DNA from: Candidatus Fraserbacteria bacterium
GTDB taxonomy: Bacteria; Bipolaricaulota; Bipolaricaulia; RBG-16-55-9; DRXL01
Assembly: GCA_947085185.1 (NCBI GenBank)
Contig: CAMTVK010000005.1
Span: forward strand, 32,001 to 96,000
Direction of reading: 5' to 3'
Length of the DNA: 64,000 nucleotides
The notes beneath the pieces are model-generated. The model searched no databases and had not been told where the DNA came from. It saw only the letters and a program-made list of their open reading frames with translations. Shown piece after piece: positions 60,892 to 64,000 of this stretch (its first letter is position 1; the number at the start of each line of letters is the position of its first letter). The position numbers and the translations under genes were made by a program.

Positions 60892-61761
60892 ATGGCTGCA
60901 CAGCCTGTGAGAGAGACGTGGCGCGAGAGCTGGCGCAGCTTAAAAGTTGCGACGTGGCTGGGGTGGCAGATCGAATCCAACTGGACGGAGCCCTTTCTCT
61001 TCGCGGTCTACTCGCTGGCCAAGCCCGTTGCCGGAGCGATGATCTTGGTTGTAATGTATTTAGTCGTCTCCGGCGGCCGAACAGATAACCCGCTCTTCCC
61101 GTATATTTATCTTGGGAATGCTTTCTATATCTACGTGGGCTCGGTGCTTATGGGGGTCAGCTACGCCGTGATTGACGATCGCGAGCACTATGGGGTGCTC
61201 AAATATATCTATGTGTCGCCGATCCAAGTCTATTTCTATCTGTTGGGGCGTGGGATGGCGCGCACCCTCACCGGCACGATCGCCGTGGTTATTACCCTTG
61301 CGTTTGGGATGCTTGTCTTCAAGCTGCCCATAAATTTTATAACGATGAACCATGTGCTCTTCTGGCCCGTCTTTTTGATAGGGCTAGCGGGGTTAGCGCT
61401 CGTGGGGATTCTCCTGGCAGGGGTGACACTGATTACAGCTCGACATAATTACTTTATGGGTGAGGCCGTCGCTGGGGCTTTGTATTTGTTATGTGGCGCA
61501 GTCTTCCCTCTCGATGTCCTCCCAAGGTTTCTTCAGTATATAGGGCTGGGATTGCCTATGACATACTGGCTGGAAGGACTGCGCCGCGCTGTACTAGGCA
61601 CGAGCGCCAGTCCATTACTGGCGCCCTTCTCCAACGAGACGATCTTAATAATACTAGCAAGCTCGACGCTCTTAGTCGGGGCGATCTCGCTGGGATTTTA
61701 TCGGTGGTGCGAGCGCCGCGCCAAAGAGAAAGGGCTTATAGATATGCAGACGATGTACTGA
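60892..61761 (+). CDS. ABC-2 permease
   Basis: Six TMs, DREHYG, LCGAVFP..VLP, LPMTYWLEGLR. Confidence 0.9.
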   Translation: MAAQPVRETWRESWRSLKVATWLGWQIESNWTEPFLFAVYSLAKPVAGAMILVVMYLVVSGGRTDNPLFPYIYLGNAFYIYVGSVLMGVSYAVIDDREHYGVLKYIYVSPIQVYFYLLGRGMARTLTGTIAVVITLAFGMLVFKLPINFITMNHVLFWPVFLIGLAGLALVGILLAGVTLITARHNYFMGEAVAGALYLLCGAVFPLDVLPRFLQYIGLGLPMTYWLEGLRRAVLGTSASPLLAPFSNETILIILASSTLLVGAISLGFYRWCERRAKEKGLIDMQTMY

Positions 61762-61790
61762 TCTGGTACACTATGCCCTGGCACAGCCGC

Positions 61791-62078
61791 ATGAAGATCG
61801 AAGGGATCTTATGGCTGAAAGAGATCGTAGACAAATTAGTCCGCAAGCATCATGTCCTTGCCGAAGAAGTGGAGCAGGTGTTGAGCAGCAAGCCAAGGTT
61901 TTATTTCATCCAAAGGGGGGAACGCGCCGGGGAGGACGTATATATGGCTTTAGGACAGACCAAGGCAGGGCGCTATCTCACCGTGCTCTTCATCTACAAG
62001 AAGACTAAAGAAGCCCTAATCCTAAGTGCCAGAGACATGGCCAAGAAAGAGAGGAAGCGCTATGAGCAAGAAAGATAA
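61791..62078 (+). CDS. BrnT-family toxin
   Basis: KH.V..EEVEQV, ALGQTKAGRYL, ILSARDM..KERKRY. Confidence 0.88.
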   Translation: MKIEGILWLKEIVDKLVRKHHVLAEEVEQVLSSKPRFYFIQRGERAGEDVYMALGQTKAGRYLTVLFIYKKTKEALILSARDMAKKERKRYEQER

Positions 62079-62355
62079 CATCCACAGCTTGCCCACTTTT
62101 CCAACGTTAGATGAACTAGTCGAGTTTTTCGACATGCACGATCTAGGACAGTATGATCTCCCCAAGGTGCAGTTCAGTGTGGACATCAAAAGATGCACGT
62201 ATCTCATAGCAGTTGACGCCGAGCTCGCCCATAAGATCGCGCACATCGCGCGAGCACAAGGCACGTCTTGTGAGAAACTCATTCACCGTTGGCTGAAGGA
62301 GAAGATCCGCCAGAGCAGGGAAGCGAGCGCCGCGCCAAAGAGAAGGGTCTCATAG
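62062..62355 (+). CDS. BrnA/CopG-family antitoxin
   Basis: [22 protein letters not shown]-like IARAQG....LIHRWLKE; overlaps toxin. Confidence 0.85.
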   Translation: MSKKDNIHSLPTFPTLDELVEFFDMHDLGQYDLPKVQFSVDIKRCTYLIAVDAELAHKIAHIARAQGTSCEKLIHRWLKEKIRQSREASAAPKRRVS

Positions 62356-63129
62356 ATATGCAGACGATGTATTAGAACGAGACCACAGCGCCCTCAGATA
62401 TTCCCGACGCATCAACGCGATATTTTTGATCGAGATGTTCTTTGGGCAGACGGCCTCGCACTCCCCGTGATTGGAGCAATTCCCAAAGCCCTCTTGGTCC
62501 ATCTGCGCGATCATGCGCAGGGCTCTTCGCGTGCGCTCCGGTTGCCCTTGGGGCAGGAGCGCCAAATGAGCGATCTTGGCGCTCACAAAGAGCGACGCTG
62601 ACGCATTCGGGCAAGCGGCCACGCACGCCCCGCATCCAATGCACGCCGCGGCATCGAACGCGGCTTCTACGATCTCTTTTGGGATCGGAATGCTGTTGGC
62701 GTCGGGAGCACTCCCGGTGTTCACTGAGATATAGCCCCCAGCAGCTATGATGCGATCGAACGCGCTGCGGTCAACGACCAAGTCTTTGATAACCGGAAAA
62801 GCTTTGGCGCGGAAGGGTTCGAGGGTGATCGTCTCCCCATCTTTGAAATCGCGTAGATATTGTTGGCACGCCGTGCGTCCGCGCTTGGGGCCATGCGCCA
62901 CTCCGTTGACTAAAAATCCGCACGTCCCACAGATGCCCTCGCGACAGTCGCTGTCGAACTCCACGGGCAGCTCCCCTTGCTTGATGAGCTGCTCGTTGAG
63001 CACATCCAGCAGTTCTAGCAGTGACATATCCGGCGAGACATCTTTCACTGTGTACGTGATGAACTTCCCCGGTGTGTGGGCGTTGGGTTGTCGCCAGATC
63101 CGCACGTGCAGAGTCATTCTTTTGGTCAT
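62350..63129 (-). CDS. sdhB: Succinate dehydrogenase/fumarate reductase iron-sulfur subunit
   Basis: [33 protein letters not shown]. Confidence 0.95.
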   Translation of the reverse strand: MTKRMTLHVRIWRQPNAHTPGKFITYTVKDVSPDMSLLELLDVLNEQLIKQGELPVEFDSDCREGICGTCGFLVNGVAHGPKRGRTACQQYLRDFKDGETITLEPFRAKAFPVIKDLVVDRSAFDRIIAAGGYISVNTGSAPDANSIPIPKEIVEAAFDAAACIGCGACVAACPNASASLFVSAKIAHLALLPQGQPERTRRALRMIAQMDQEGFGNCSNHGECEAVCPKNISIKNIALMRREYLRALWSRSNTSSAYL

Positions 63130-63130
63130 A

Positions 63131-64000
63131 TCACTTATAGCTCCTCACCGTCGGTGTGACGAACTCAAAGTGTAAGGGCTCTGGATGCAATTGGGGATTG
63201 CTCAGATCCCCTGTGTATTCCCACGCCGCAACATAACAGAACTTCTCGTCGTTGCGCAGGGCTTCGCCATCGGGGGTTTGGTACTCTTCACGGAAGTGTG
63301 CCCCACACGATTCTTCGCGGTGGAGCGCATCTATCGCTATGAGCTCGCCGAGCTCCAGAAAGTCCGCAACCCGCCCGGCCATCTCTAAGTTTTTATTGAG
63401 CATAGAATTATCGCCGGGGACTCTCAGGTTGTTCCAGAACTCGTCACGGAGTTTGCGGATCTTTTCGAGAGCTCTCTGAAGCCCTTGGGCGTTGCGGGCC
63501 ATCCCCACATAGTCCCACAGGATCATCCCCAGCTCGCGATGGAACTCAAGCACGGTCCTCTCGCCCTTGATGGAGAGCAGCTGCGTCAGGCGCTTGTGGA
63601 CTTCCGCCAGAGAGTCTTGAAACGCGCTGTGTTCGCTCGTCACTTTGGGCAGAGTGGCGTTGGCAAAATAATCCCCAATCGTATAGGGGATGATGAAGTA
63701 TCCATCCGCGAGCCCTTGCATGAGGGCGCTCGCCCCAAGACGATTGGCGCCGTGATCGGAGAAGTTGGCTTCGCCGAGCACAAACAGCCCAGGGATCGTG
63801 CTCATTAAGTTATAGTCTACCCACAGCCCTCCCATCGTATAGTGTATGGCGGGGTAGATGCGCATGGGGACTGTGTAGGGGTCTTCTCCGGTGATGTGCT
63901 GATACATCTCGAAGAGGTTGCCGTATTTCTCTTTGATATAGTCAATGCCCTTCTCGCGGATGGCGTCAGAGAAGTCGAGATAAACAGCGCGGCCCATGGG
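63131..64000 (-). CDS. sdhA: Succinate dehydrogenase/fumarate reductase flavoprotein (C-terminal part; N-terminus outside window)
   Basis: [28 protein letters not shown]. Confidence 0.95.
   Translation of the reverse strand, partial: PMGRAVYLDFSDAIREKGIDYIKEKYGNLFEMYQHITGEDPYTVPMRIYPAIHYTMGGLWVDYNLMSTIPGLFVLGEANFSDHGANRLGASALMQGLADGYFIIPYTIGDYFANATLPKVTSEHSAFQDSLAEVHKRLTQLLSIKGERTVLEFHRELGMILWDYVGMARNAQGLQRALEKIRKLRDEFWNNLRVPGDNSMLNKNLEMAGRVADFLELGELIAIDALHREESCGAHFREEYQTPDGEALRNDEKFCYVAAWEYTGDLSNPQLHPEPLHFEFVTPTVRSYK

Larger units (their letters stand above)
61709..62375 (+). mobile_element. Minimal TA islet bounded by 53-bp imperfect direct repeats (att-like)
   Basis: 61709-61761 and 62323-62375 match at 47/53; both encode [20 protein letters not shown]. 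Confidence 0.8.

Overview
A gene-dense, moderately GC-rich bacterial chromosome segment. The divergent 16S rRNA and a UBact-type modifier suggest Candidatus Bipolaricaulota/Acetothermia (inference). Core content: a stand-alone 16S rRNA gene, three tRNAs (Leu-CAA, Asp-GTC, Phe-GAA), a 2-oxoacid:ferredoxin oxidoreductase whose beta subunit carries a 375-aa LAGLIDADG intein, several ABC transporters, many peptidases (M20, M3, an M16 pair, HslUV), a Dop-UBact-PrcB-PrcA-PafA conjugation/20S proteasome locus, an atypical cbb3-type oxidase cluster, two two-component systems, housekeeping genes (rsmA, nadK, ruvA, ruvX, comEC, pth, rplY, prs, tyrS, sdhAB) and a BrnT/BrnA toxin-antitoxin pair. Most unusual observations: (1) the intein sits in the Fe-S motif so the precursor reads Cys-Pro-Gly-|Cys1, a natural redox-trap geometry in an oxygen-sensitive enzyme; (2) an ABC importer ATPase has a membrane-spanning TM2-like domain inserted inside it; (3) the TA pair is flanked by a 53-bp synonymously recoded duplicate of a host gene end (integrase-less att-like scar); (4) a 117-bp four-palindrome element is inserted in frame into a signal peptide; (5) an unassigned ~165-nt structured RNA candidate; (6) a divergent sigma/zinc anti-sigma-like pair; (7) widespread leaderless genes. 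No CRISPR array, integrase or transposase was seen. All calls come from reading motifs by eye; no database searches were run.
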